Shown in pieces: positions 23,901 through 37,129 of a DNA stretch of 64,000 nucleotides. Within the stretch, counting starts at the first letter, position 1; every line of letters starts with the position of its first letter. The stretch is from contig NIVC01000278.1 of NCBI GenBank assembly GCA_002269645.1, positions 1-64,000 of the forward strand. Reading direction: 5' to 3'. The translations under genes were made by a program, and so were the position numbers. A model generated the notes under the pieces. The model was not told the origin of the DNA and did no database searches. It saw only the letters and a list, made by a program, of their open reading frames with translations. The DNA comes from Macrostomum lignano. Taxonomy: Eukaryota.

Positions 23901-26208
23901 GACCTTTTTCTGCAGCAGATTCGGCAGCATCGATGCAGCAGCAATCTCTGTTTGCTTGGTCAGTGACTTGTGGCACGAGAAACTTGACGACTTCCCACTG
24001 ACCATATATTGCAGCAAATACAGCAGCGTTGATGCAGCAGTGATCTCTGTTTGCTTGGTCAGCGACTTGTGACACGAGAAACTTGACGACTTCTAAGTGA
24101 CCATTTCTTGCAGCAGATTCGGCAGCGTCGATGCAGCAGCGATCTCTGTTTGCTTGATGAGCGACTTGTGGCACGAGAAACTTGACGACTTCTAAGTGAC
24201 CATTTGTTGCTGCAGATTCCGCAGCGTCGATGCAGCAGCGATCTTTGTTTGCTTTGTCAGCGACTTGTGGAACGAGAAACTTGACGACTTCTAAGTGACT
24301 ATTTCTTGCAGCAGATTTGGCAGCGTCGATGCAGCAGCGATCTCTGTTTGCTTGGTCAGCGACTTGTGGCACGAGAAACTTGACGACTTCTAAGTGACCA
24401 TTTGTTGCTGCAGATTCGGCAGCTTTGATGCAGCAGCAATCTTTGTTTGCTTTGTCAGCGACTTGTGGAACGAGAAACTTGACGACTTCTAAGTGACTAT
24501 TTCTTGCAGCAGATTTGGCAGCGTCGATGCAGCAGCGATCTCTGTTTGCTTGATGAGCGACTTGTGGCACGAGAAACTTGACGACTTCTAAGTGACCATT
24601 TGTTGCTGCAGATTCCGCAGCGTGGATGCAGCAGCGAACTCTGTTTGCTTGGTCAGCGACTTGTGACATGAGAAACTTGACGGCTTCTAAGTGACCGTTG
24701 ACTGCAGCAAATACAGCAGCTTCGAAGCAGCAGCGATCTCCGTTTCCTTGGTCAGCGACTTGTGGCACGAGAAACTTGACGACTTCTAAGTGACCTTTTC
24801 CTGCAGCAGATATGGCAGCGTTGAAGCGGCAGCGATCTCGGTTTGCTTGATCAGCGACTTGTGGCACGAAAAACCTAACGGCTTGTAGGTGACCATTGAC
24901 TGCAGCAAATACAGCAGCGTCGATGCAGCAGCGATCTCTGTATGCTTGGTCAGCGACTTGTGGCACGAGAAACTTGACGACTTCTAAGTGACCTTTTTCT
25001 GCAGCAGATTCGGCAGCTTCGATGCAGCAGCAATCTCTGTTTGCTTGGTCAGTGACTTGTGGCACGAGAAACTTGACGACTTCCCACTGACCATATATTG
25101 CAGCAAATACAGCAGCGTTGATGCAGCAGTGATCTCTGTTTGCTTGGTCAGCGACTTGTGACACGAGAAACTTGACGACTTCCCACTGACGATTTCTTAC
25201 AGCAGATTCGGCAGCTTTGATGCAGCAGCGATCTCTGTTTGCTTGGTCAGCGACGTGTGAGACGAGAAACTCGACGACTTCCCACTGACGATTTCTTACA
25301 GCAGATTCGGCAGCGTTGATGCAGCAGCGATCTCTGTTTGCTTGGTCAGCGACTTGTGGCACGAGAAACTTGACGACTTCTAAGTGACCATTTGTTGCTG
25401 CAGATTCCGCAGCGTCGATGCAGCAGCGATCTTTGTTTGCTTTGTCAGCGACTTGTGGAACGAGAAACTTGACGACTTCTAAGTGACTATTTCTTGCAGC
25501 AGATTTGGCAGAGTCGATGCAGCAGCGATCTCTGTTTGCTTGATGAGCGACTTGTGGCACGAGAAACTTGACGACTTCTAAGTGACCATTTGTTGCTGCA
25601 GATTCCGCAGCGTCGATGCAGCAGCGATCTTTGTTTGCTTTGTCAGCGACTTGTGGCACGAGAAACTTGACGACTTCTAAGTGACCTTTTTCTGCAGCAG
25701 ATTCGGCAGCTTCGATGCAGCAGCAATCTCTGTTTGCTTGGTCAGTGACTTGTGGCACGAGAAACTTGACGACTTCTAAGTGACCATTTGTTGCTGCAGA
25801 TTCCGCAGCGTCGATGCAGCAGCGATCTTTGTTTGCTTTGTCAGCGACTTGTGGAACGAGAAACTTGACGACTTCTAAGTGACTATTTCTTGCAGCAGAT
25901 TTGGCAGCGTCGATGCAGCAGCGATCTCTGTTTGCTTGATGAGCGACTTGTGGCACGAGAAACTTGACGACTTCTAAGTGACCATTTGTTGCTGCAGATT
26001 CCGCAGCGTCGATGCAGCAGCGATCTTTGTTTGCTTTGTCAGCGACTTGTGGAGCGAGAAACTTGACGTTTTCAACGCGACCATTGCGTGCAGTTTCTAA
26101 AGTCGCCTGAATGATGTCGCTTAAGTACCCCTGGGTTGCAGCGCGTCGAGCAGTTTGCGAGATGTTGTCGGTGGGGACGGGCTGATGGCGACTTTGATTT
26201 TGGTCCAT
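17989..26208 (-). CDS. Ankyrin-array cGAS-like receptor, paralog 1: exons 26208-19709, 18683-18630, 18359-17989; last (Mab-21 C-terminal) exon absent from window
   Basis: The 2167-aa ORF stop lies inside a GG|GTGAGT donor (phase 2). The 54-nt phase 2-2 micro-exon and 371-nt NTase exon have canonical AG/GT sites and keep frame. NTase motif GSYAEG...DSDIDW. Confidence 0.8.
20300..26070 (-). repeat. Coding 99-bp/33-aa ankyrin-like repeat array, about 58 units
   Basis: Consensus xxGHLEVVKFLVPQVADQANRDRCCIxAAxxAA, frame intact throughout. Followed by canonical ankyrin repeats (GATALMLAADAGH, GRTALSRACEAGH). Confidence 0.95.
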
Positions 26209-26369
26209 TGTTCTGGAAAGGGGTTTCGAAGATAGAGGTTAAGTGTGAAAAGGAAAAAGGTGAAAGAGGAGGGGAGAAATAGGAGAGGGAGGTTTAAATG
26301 GGAGGGAGGAAAAAATAGAGGAGGAAGGCAGAAAGAGGAGAGGGAGACAGTGAGGATCGGGGAGCAGGA

Positions 26370-26700
26370 GAAGCTGGGAGAGGAGAGGGAGACACTGGGG
26401 GAGGAGAGGGAGACACTGGGGGAGGAGAGGGAGACACTGGGGCAGGAGAGGGAGACACTGGGGGAGGAGATTGAGACACTGGGGGAGGAGAGGGAGACAC
26501 TGGGGAAGGAGAGGGAGACACTGGGGAAGGAGAGGGAGACACTGGGGGAGGAGAGGGAGACACTGGGGGAGGAGAGGGAGACACTGGGGCAGGAGAGGGA
26601 GACACTGGGGGAGGAGAGGGAGACACTGGGGGAGGAGAGGGAGACACTGGGGAAGGAGAGGGAGACACTGGGGAAGGAGAGGGAGACACTGGGGGAGGAG
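26370..26700. repeat. 21-bp minisatellite (GAGACACTGGGGGAGGAGAGG) in the 5' UTR intron of paralog 1
   Basis: Visible unit; explains the GEERETL ORFs. Confidence 0.9.
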
Positions 26701-26749
26701 AGGGAGGCACTGTTAGGGAGAAAGAGGGGAGGGAGCGGAAATACAGCTT

Positions 26750-26850
26750 TGTGACGGTAAACTTTTTAATTAATTTTGAAGAGACTATAAACCTTGCCTG
26801 AAATCTTTGGCTGCTGTCAGAGTGGCAGATGTCAGTCACGGCCTCTGTCA
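26750..26850 (-). promoter_or_regulatory. Putative non-coding first exon/donor region of paralog 1, homologous to 45460-45560 of paralog 2
   Basis: Shared sequence ATCTTTGGCTGCTGTCAGAGT.GCAG.TGTCAGTCAC. Donor CAG|GCAAG at 26797 versus CAG|GTAAG at 45507. Confidence 0.55.
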
Positions 26851-27714
26851 GCTAGAGGGGCAGATGTTTCAAAGGTTTGTGCAGACGTCGATGCCAGCTC
26901 AGAGTGACAGATCAGAGTGCTCAGGTCGCAGCTCAGAGTGACAGATCACAGTTTAACCAAAACTCGAGGGAAAAAAGAAGGGAATGAGGGAGAGGCGAGC
27001 AAAAGGCAGTCTATGAACTCAGAGTAAAGGATTTTGTCGGTGAGCAATCGCAAGCCTAATTGACAGCTCACTCCAATGCCAGTCCAGCAGACTGCGGCAG
27101 GGCAGAGCAGGACTCACCAATCGCCAGTTATGATTATGAATTCGCCAGTCTGCTGATGGAGCGGCAGGCAGAGACTCGCAGGCCACAGAGAAAACGGAAC
27201 TCGCAAAAGCAGACGGGAGGCCCTGCAGCAAGCAAACACGGTACTTGAGATAAGAGGAAGAGGCAGTGGCTGAGGGGCGCAAAGACTGGACAAATCCGCG
27301 GCGGGCTGCTACAGAAGTACCGAACGCTGGTTCTAATAAGGGAAGGCTGGGAGATGAAGCGAGCGGACGCTCGTACGAAGCCGGCACAGAAATTTGTTCG
27401 CGTACACTTGCGGTGGGCAGACAGCGCAAGAGGTTGGGCCGAAACGCACATTGGAAAGCGGAACCTCTGCCCCACCCCTGACCCAAAGCAATGGATAGAC
27501 TGGCTTGGGGAACGTGGAAGGCCCAGGCGTTCCAGGCTCCAGCCCAGTAAGTTTCCAAAGAGTAGCTTGTCCAAGATCCTCATAAGCGGCGGTAGCTGAC
27601 TGTCGGCTCAGAATTCTCGATCATTTCGGAATGAAAAGCAAATCCGAAATTGGCAATCTCGGTCTCGCCTTAAAGCTGAACGAACTCTGCATAACTAAGC
27701 ACTAAGTTCACTGG

Positions 27715-28812
27715 AATCTGAGCTCGAGTTCCATTGGAATCTGAGCTCGAGTTCCATTAGAATCTGAGCACGAGTTTCATTGGAATCTGAGCACGAGTTT
27801 CATTAGAATCTGAGCACGAGTTTCATTGGAATCTGAGCACGAGTTTCATTAGAATCTGAGCACGAGTTTCATTGGAATCTGAGCACGAGTTTCATTAGAA
27901 TCTGAGCACGAGTTTCATTGGAATCTGAGCACGAGTTTCATTGGAATCTGAGCACGAGTTTCATTGGAATCTGAGCACGAGTTTCATTGGAATCTGAGCA
28001 CGAGTTCCATTGGAATCTGAGCACGAGTTCCATTGGAATCTGAGCACGAGTTTCACTGGAATCTGAGCTTGAGTTTCATTGGAATCTGAGCTCGAGTTCC
28101 ATTGGAATCTGAGCTTGAGTTCCATTGGAATCTGAGCACGAGTTTCATTGGAATCTGAGCACGAGTTTCATTGGAATCTGAGCACGAGTTCCATTGGAAT
28201 CTGATCTCGAGTTCCATTGGAATCTGAGCACAAGTTTCATTAGAATCTGAGCTCGAGTTCCATTGGAATCTGAGTACGAGTTTCACTGGAATCTGAGCTC
28301 GAGTTCCATTGGAATCTGAGCACGAGTTCCATTAGAATCTGAGCACGAGTTCCATTAGAATCTGAGCACGAGTTTCATTGGAATCTGAGCTCGAGTTCCA
28401 TTGGAATCTGAGCACGAGTTCCATTGGAATCTGAGCTCGAGTTTCACTGGAATCTGAGCACGAGTTTCATTGGAATCTGAGCACGAGTTTCATTGGAATC
28501 TGAGCACGAGTTTCATTGGAATCTGAGCACGAGTTTCACTGGAATCTGAGCTCGAGTTCCATTGGAATCTGAGCTCGAGTTTCATTGGAATCTGAGCACG
28601 AGTTTCATTGGAATCTGAGCACGAGTTTCATTGGAATCTGAGCTCGAGTTTCATTGGAATCTGAGCTCGAGTTCCATTGGAATCTGAGCACGAGTTCCAT
28701 TGGAATCTGAGCACGAGTTTCATTGGAATCTGAGCACGAGTTTCACTGGAATCTGAGTTCGAGTTCCATTGGAATCTGAGCACGAGTTTCACTGGAATCT
28801 GAGCTCGAGTTC
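27715..28812. repeat. 23-bp minisatellite (TGGAATCTGAGCACGAGTTTCAT)
   Basis: Visible tandem unit. Confidence 0.95.
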
Positions 28813-29554
28813 CGTGTACATGCTACGGGAAGTTCTAAATAAAGTACTTTTACAATGCTATAATACATGTATTCTCCTTAATAAATTGTGATCCAAAACA
28901 CTTTTATGTTCTGGCTGCTTCCACGCCTCCAGTGTTGCCAGGGCTGACCGCTCGCCTACCTGCCACTCACCGAGCATTTGCTCTCCGCTTGTCTCCACAA
29001 TTTTCCGCTCCTGGTGCAGTTTGAGTTTGAGCAGTGCGCCACTCGGGCATTTTGCAGCAGGTGAATCCAGCGGCTGAGCTGAGGGGCTGCTGCGGCCCCA
29101 CTCAAATTTTGAGCTTCTCTTCTCAACAGGCTGAGGACCAGCGCTCAAAGGCAGCCTCTGCAGCGCAGCCATGGCGCCCTTTTCCTGCTGCCCCTGCATT
29201 GCGTTAAGACGTCAGTGATGGTGAAGACACGGTGTGTGGAAAATCTCTAACCTGTGATTGACCTCCGCAGTGAGGCCAGCACGGTGTCACGAAAGCATGT
29301 CTGATGCAGTTTTGATATTTTGATAATTTGCTGGGATTTTATTTCGCATTCAGTTTTCTTTGAGTTCCTCACAGCTTTGCAAACACTTTCTGCATAAATA
29401 TGCCCTCTCCATTGAACATAAACTCAATCCCGCAAGCACAGAAGAATCCTTCAAGGATTACTAAGTAGTCCTTGGAATCCTTACGGTGCACTCGCAGCAC
29501 AAAAGTGCTTTGATGCCTTCAGGCACAATTATATTTGAAAAGAAGGCCAATGTA

Positions 29555-30210
29555 AAGAGATGCGGGGGAGGCTGAGAAGTAGATAGAGATGCAGCTGAGA
29601 TGCGGGAGGGACTGAGAAGTAGATAGAGATGCAGCTAAGATGCGGGAGAGGCTGAGAAGTAGATAGAGATGCAGCTAAGATGCGGGAGAGGCTGAGAAGT
29701 AGATAGAGATGCAGCTGAGATGCGGGAGAGGCTGAGAAGTAGATAGAGATGCAGCTAAGATGCGGGAAAGGCTGAGAAGTAGATAGAGATGCAGCTGAGA
29801 TGCGGGAGGGACTGAGAAGTAGATAGAGATGCAGCTGAGATGCGGGAGGGACTGAGAAGTAGATAGAGATGCAGCTGAGATGCGGGAGGGACTGAGAAGT
29901 AGATAGAGATGCAGCTGAGATGCGGGAGAGACTGAGAAGTAGATAGAGATGCAGCTAAGATGCGGGAGAGACTGAGAAGTAGATAGAGATGCAGCTAAGA
30001 TGCGGGAGAGACTGAGAAGTAGATAGAGATGCAGCTAAGATGCGGGAGAGGCTGAGAAGTAGATAGAGATGCAGCTGAGATGCGGGAGAGACTGAGAAGT
30101 AGATAGAGATGCAGCTGAGATGCGGGAGAGACTGAGAAGTAGATAGAGATGCAGCTGAGATGCGGGAGAGACTGAGAAGTAGATAGAGATGCAGCTGAGA
30201 TGCGGGAGAG
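29555..30210. repeat. 40-bp minisatellite (GAGATGCGGGAGAGGCTGAGAAGTAGATAGAGATGCAGCT)
   Basis: Visible tandem unit. Confidence 0.95.
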
Positions 30211-30394
30211 CCATTGCATAATATATATGCATTCATTTATATTTAGGTTAGGTTATAATTACAAATTTATTACCTGCAATTATGTTTTGTAACAAAAAAT
30301 TGCAATAACAAACAGTTATAACTTTCAATGGATTCAAGCATCGGAAATCGTATATGTAAGTTAATTGTCTATTAAAATAAAGTAGCTACATTAC

Positions 30395-31875
30395 ATCCCA
30401 TTACATTCCATTACATACCATTACATTTCATTCCATTACAATACATTTCATTACATTCCATTACATTACGTTACATTCCATTACATTCTATACATTCCAT
30501 TACATTCCATTACATTCCATTACATTCCATTACATTCCATTACTTTCCATTACATTCCATTACATTCCATTACATTCCATTACATTCCATTACATTCTAT
30601 ACATTCCATTACATTCCATTACATTCCATTACAGTCCATTACATTCCATTACATTCTATACATTCCATTACATTCCATTACATTCTATACAGTCCATTAC
30701 ATTCTATACAGTCCATTACATTCCATTACATTCTATACATTCCATTACATTCCATTACATTCCATTACATTCCATTACATACCATTACATTTCATTCCAT
30801 TACAATACATTTCATTACATTCCATTACATTACGTTACATTCCATTACATTCTATACATTCCATTACATTCCATTACATTCCATTACATTCCATTACATT
30901 CCATTACTTTCCATTACATTCCATTACATTCCATTACATTCCATTACATTCCATTACATTCTATACATTCCATTACATTCCATTACATTCCATTACAGTC
31001 CATTACATTCCATTACATTCTATACATTCCATTACATTCCATTACATTCTATACAGTCCATTACATTCTATACAGTCCATTACATTCCATTACATTCTAT
31101 ACATTCCATTACATTCCATTACATTCCATTACATTCCATTACATTCCATTACATTCTATACAGTCCATTACATTCTATACAGTCCATTACATTCCATTAC
31201 ATTCCATTACATTCCATTACATTCTATACAGTCCATTACATTCTATACAGTCCATTACATTCCATTACATTCTATACAGTCCATTACATTCCATTACATT
31301 CCATTACATTCCATTACATTCCATTACATTCCATTACATTCCATTACATTCCATTACATTCCATTACATTCTATACAGTCCATTACATTCTATACAGTCC
31401 ATTACATTCCATTACATTCTATACATTCCATTACATTCCATTACATTCCATTACATTCCATTACATTCCATTACATTCCATTACATTCTATACAGTCCAT
31501 TACATTCTATACAGTCCATTACATTCCATTACATTCCATTACATTCCATTACATTCTATACAGTCCATTACATTCCATTACATTCTATACATTCCATTAC
31601 ATTCCATTACATTCCATTACATTCTATACATTCCATTACATTCTATACATTCCATTACATTCCATTACATTCCATTACATTCTATACATTCCATTACATT
31701 CCATTACATTCCATTACATTCCATTACATTCCATTACATCCCATTACATTCCATTACATTCCATTACATTCTATACAGTCCATTACATTCTATACAGTCC
31801 ATTACATTCCATTACATTCTATACATTCCATTACATTCCATTACATTCCATTACATTCCATTACATTCCATTACT
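30395..31875. repeat. (ATTCCATTAC)n / CATTC-type pentamer satellite
   Basis: Visible. Contains an internal 364-bp direct duplication (marker ACGTTACAT at about 30468 and 30832). Confidence 0.95.
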
Positions 31876-32814
31876 CTTCAGTGACGATTTCGTCCAAACA
31901 TTCTTAGAAATCGTCCGACTCTCCCCAAAGCTGAAGCTGTTTTGCTTCAGAGGGCAGCGCTTCAGAACGTCTAGAAATCAGCCGAACGGACGCCTGCTGC
32001 ACTCCAAGATGAGATTTGAAATGGACGAACCGCAGCTCGGTCATCAGCTTTGCCAGGTGCGCCTGAAAGACCTTGGCATCTTGACATCAGATCTGGATGC
32101 CTTCAGCCAGCACGGAGACAGCCGCAGAGCTCGACAGCAATTTCTTTTGCCAGCTTCCGTGCATCGGCTGCCTCATCAGCGACCCGCTACTCAGCTTCTG
32201 CAGCTCTCGGGCCTCCTTGTGCAGGCGGCGGCTGTGCGAGTTGACGGCCGCCTTGGTGGCCCGCCATGCACCGCAGATGCGGCACTGCTCAGAGGCGTTT
32301 CGGTCTGGGATGCCGCAGTTGCGTGTGCGCTGCAGTTGCCTTCACAGTGACATCGGTAGCGGCTGCAGCTCTGATGCCATTTTTCAGATCGTCCATTTTT
32401 TGCACTTCGGCCATCCTTGGACAGGCTGGCCGAGCCTCGAATGTGCGATCCCGACCGACTCGCATGGGCAGCTGCAGGATTTGCCTGCTTACAGCTTCCT
32501 GAGATCATCCTTCGCCCGCAATGGGTTCTGTCTGGAGGATATTTTACTGTACAAGCTGGTAGCTGGTGTCGCCATTGATGTAAATAACTCTATTGAGAGA
32601 CTCATGATACTTGCAGATTAAAATAGCTTTTAAGAATAATAAATAGAATAAATTCACTTTTTCGACAAAGAGCGGAAAAAATCTTTACAATAATTAGAAA
32701 TCCGTGCCAAAAAACTTTTTAAACTACACTTTATCCTTCAGCCAGTATTGTCATACAATCAATGAAGTAGTCATTGCGTTCAGAGGTGGAGACGACGGAA
32801 AATGAGAGGCGGGA

Positions 32815-34255
32815 GAGGGATCAGATAGGGTGTGGGATCAGATAGGGTGTGGGATCAGATAGGGTGTGGGATCAGATAGGGTGTGGGATCAGATAGGGTG
32901 TGGGATCAGATAGGGTGTGGGATCAGATAGGGTGTGGAATCAGATAGGGTGTGGGATCAGATAGGGTGTGGGATCAGATAGGGTGTGGGATCAGATAGGG
33001 TGTGGGATCAGATAGGGTGTGGGATCAGATTGGGTGTGGGATCAGATTGGGTGTGGGATCAGATAGGGTGTGGGATCAGATAGGGTGTGGGATCAGATTG
33101 GGTGTGGGATCAGATAGGGTGTGGGATCAGATAGGGTGTGGGATCACATAGGGTGTGGGATCACATAGGGTGTGGGATCAGATAGGGTGTGGGATCAGAT
33201 AGGGTGTGGGATCACATAGGGTGTGGGATCAGATAGGGTGTGGGATCAGATAGGGTGTGGGATCAGATAGGGTGTGGGATCAGATAGGGTGTGGGATCAG
33301 ATAGGGTGTGGGATCAGATAGGGTGTGGGATCAGATAGGGTGTGGGATCAGATAGGGTGTGGGATCAGATAGGGTGTGGGATCAGATAGGGTGTGGGATC
33401 AGATAGGGTGTGGGATCAGATAGGGTGTGGGATCAGATAGGGTGTGGGATCAGATAGGGTGTGGGATCAGATAGGGTGTGGGATCAGATAGGGTGTGGGA
33501 TCAGATAGGGTGTGGGATCAGATAGGGTGTGGGATCGCATAGGGTGTGGGATCAGATAGGGTGTGGGATCAGATAGGGTGTGGGATCACATAGGGTGTGG
33601 GATCAGATAGGGTGTGGGATCAGATAGGGTGTGGGATCAGATAGGGTGTGGAATCAGATAGGGTGTGGGATCAGATAGGGTGTGGGATCAGATTGGGTGT
33701 GGGATCAGATAGGGTGTGGGATCAGATAGGGTGTGGGATCAGATAGGGTGTGGGATCACATAGGGTGTGGGATCACATAGGGTGTGGGATCAGATTGGGT
33801 GTGGGATCAGATTGGGTGTGGGATCAGATAGGGTGTGGGATCAGATAGGGTGTGGGATCAGATATCAGATAGGGTGTGGGATCAGATAGGGTGTGGGATC
33901 AGATAGGGTGTGGGATCAGATAGGGTGTGGGATCAGATAGGGTGTGGGATCAGATAGGGTGTGGGATCAGATAGGGTGTGGGATCAGATAGGGTGTGGGA
34001 TCAGATAGGGTGTGGGATCAGATAGGGTGTGGGATCAGATAGGGTGTGGGATCAGATAGGGTGTGGGATCAGATATGTGTGGGATCAGATAGGGTGTGGG
34101 ATCAGATAGGGTGTGGGATCAGATATGTGTGGGATCATATAGGGTGTGGGATCAGATAGGTGTGGGATCAGATAGGGTGTGGGATCAGATATGTGTGGGA
34201 TCATATAGGGTGTGGGATCAGATAGGTGTGGGATCAGATAGGGTGTGGGATCAGG
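32815..34255. repeat. 17-bp minisatellite (GGGATCAGATAGGGTGT)
   Basis: Visible tandem unit. Confidence 0.95.
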
Positions 34256-34356
34256 TGGCTGTCTATTTCCTAGAGAGCTCTGTGCTCTCGCCAACCTCTA
34301 CGTTCCTCTTTGTGCTCGTGGAGTTCCTCTCCGGGCTGGGTACTAAGGGTTACGTT

Positions 34357-34555
34357 TGGCTGTGTGAGGGCTGCCTGTGGCTGTGTGAGGGCTGCCTGTG
34401 GCTGTGTGAGGGCTGCCTTTGGCTGTGTGAGGGCTGCCTGTGGCTGTGTGAGGGCTGCCTGTGGCTGTGTGAGGGCTGCCTGTGGCTGTGTGAGGGCTGC
34501 CTTTGGCTGTGAGGGCTGCCTGTGGCTGTGTGAGGGCTGCCTGTGGCTGTGTGAG
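34357..34555. repeat. 21-bp minisatellite (GGCTGTGTGAGGGCTGCCTGT)
   Basis: Visible tandem unit. Confidence 0.9.
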
Positions 34556-36324
34556 GGCGGTCCTGCAGTCCCTGCCTGACCGTCAGAGGGCGGCGCAGCT
34601 CCAGGCAAGCCGAGACCTGGACGCTGGCGGAGTGGCTCGAATCGCAGGCCGAGGCGGCTGCTGCACTGCAGATGCTGCAGAGCCGAGCGGCCACCCACAG
34701 CCGGAAGTTCAGGAGGTGCCGCTGCTGGCGCTGCAGGCAGCCACCGGCGATTCTGCGACTGCCTGCTGGCTGAGGAGGTGCCGGCTGACCTTTGATGTTA
34801 TTGTGGCCTAGCAGCCGTTTGTACTTTTATTTTTGTCTGCAGGGATCTTGCAGGTGATCAACTGTAGGATTCTCATGTTGTATTCAGGAATTTTGATTTG
34901 TTAACTTTAAAATCGTGAAAGCTCTCAGCACGCGGCACTTTGAAGGCAGCATTGTGGGGCGGATAACTCAAAGGGTGATGTGATAGATACAATAAATGTA
35001 TATAGCATGCACGATAAGCAACTATTTAGGCCCTACTAGACAAACCTACTTGGAGCGTTCGGAGATTTTAAAACTATTGGCCCTAATCGCCTATCGCCGG
35101 TCGGCGAGTCCTACCAGTCTTTCTCCAATAGCCGCAGGTACAGTACCGGAAAAGAAAGAACGCAGGAGAAGACGAACCGAACGGATTTAGAGAGTGATAA
35201 TCCTAGCAAGAATGACTAATTTTGATTGACTTGACGATTTAATTAGATTTAATAAAGTTACAAAATTCAATGCGATTCGCGGCGCAGATGATTTGAACGA
35301 ACAATAATAACGATACAACGATTAGTAATAATTAGTTACGCAACTGGCAAGCGGATCTCAGCTGAGGAAGAAGAGGAACCGAACACGGGAGCACGGAGAA
35401 GACTCCTAACCCCTGGCCTAAACCAGAAGCTACACTCAAACGAGAGCCCTGCCGAATTGACCGTTCAACGGAGCACTGACTAAATTCTATCAGCGCTGCC
35501 CTTCAGTGTGACACTGAGGCCCTCTGGGTCGAGGCCACGTACTTGATCAGATCCGACAGTCTCTATCTAGACCGCGCTTAATAGCGACGACTTCAGACAG
35601 AAATTTGCCGTAGACGTTACGCTACAAGACTGAAGCGGTCGGGCAGGGAAGCAAAACACGGACCGGGGTGACGAACTCAGGCGCCTCAAAGCGCGAACCA
35701 AAACTAGGCAAAACGGCCGGGTAGCCGGAACAAAACCAAGGCCGGGGAAAGAGAGAGAGAGAAAAGTGAGATCCGATTGCCAAACACACTTTCATATATA
35801 GTCAGAGTCAAACCCCTCAAAACCCCCCTCAAGCCGGGTGGTGGTCGTCTGGCCGGCCGCTCGCTAAGCTGATTTGCACTGTGCCCGCGGCGCCGGGTAG
35901 ACTTGGATTTTGCCGCGTGCCAGGGTCCAGGCCGGTTCTGATTGGCTGACCGCGCAAAGCTGGGGTTCGCAGAAAAACTCACAATTGAGAGAGTCACAAT
36001 TGGTGTCTGACTTCTAACCTGTTTACACAAAATTGATTCTAACTAACAAGAAAAGTACATTGAAGACGTGACTAAATTAAAGCAAAATACAATAATTATC
36101 AACAATAATACAGAAGCTACTAACTAATAGAATTCAGAAATTACACAAAAGGTGCTCACACTACAGTGAGTTCGAGAAACCATGCACAAACTCTTCCATT
36201 ATTTTTCAAATTTAATGGCGACCTGGAAAAGGCAAGCAAACATACATGTACTACGAGTGTATTTTAACAAAGCTACATGAAATATTATGAAACAGCAATT
36301 GATAAAATAATGGAATTTTAGGTA

Positions 36325-36615
36325 ATGTTCATGAGGGAGCTGTCAGGCTGTCAGTCACTGAATGTTCATGAGGGAGCTGTCAGCCTGTCAGTCACTGAAT
36401 GTTCATGAGGGAGCTGTCAGCCTGTCAGTCACTGAATGTTCATGAGAGAGCTGTCAGGCTGTCAGTCACTGAATGCTCATGAGGGAGCTGTCAGCCTGTC
36501 AGTCACTGAATGTTCATGAGGGAGCTGTCAGGCTGTCAGTCACTGAATGCTCATGAGGGAGCTGTCAGGCTGTCAGTCACTGAATGTTCATGAGGGAGCT
36601 GTCAGCCTGTCAGTA
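36325..36615. repeat. 37-bp minisatellite (GAATGTTCATGAGGGAGCTGTCAGGCTGTCAGTCACT)
   Basis: Visible tandem unit, about 7-8 copies. Confidence 0.9.
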
Positions 36616-37129
36616 ACTCAATATTCATTCTGAGAGCAGGTTCTTAAATAAACCAGGAGCATGTACACACAATGTTTTAAGCCACAAAACACAAAATATT
36701 TATAAGATATCTATAGCAAAATATCTCAAACAGCTCCCACAAAAGCCAGAGAAGCTTACAAAATTCTGAGTTCAACTCGCCAGCTTCTTCCTGACCCAGC
36801 CGACCTTTTAGTTTTTCAGTTTCATGCAGACAACTGCTACCTGTAAATTTGGCTTGAATATTTTCATTAAACAGCATTGGCAATCGGGTATTGAATTCCG
36901 CAGAACAAAACTGCAGAGAAAAGCCCGCATCAAAGCAGACACGCAGTTTGAACGGAAAAAGCAATTCAGCATGCAGTGTGAATTGAATTGCAGCGCAAAT
37001 ATACAAAACTGCAGTTCATAGCAGGAGGGCTGCTGGCACTCGATGGCTTTGGACCTGCTCATTTCCTAAACAGGCAACAGAATCAGCAAAAGAAAAAACT
37101 ATAGACATTGATCCAACATCATGTAAAGA

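Noticed and set aside
26990-27600. GC-rich segment with 150-180 aa ORFs on both strands
   Set aside because: No recognisable motif or splice-supported model; may be a transposon fragment.
28858-29199. 113-aa ORF, possible isolated exon
   Set aside because: No homology recognised and no partner exons identified.
31900-32621. GC-richer segment with short ORFs; faint RanBP2-zinc-finger-like and RNase H-like hints on the minus strand
   Set aside because: Motifs are incomplete and interrupted by stops; no domain can be supported without a search.
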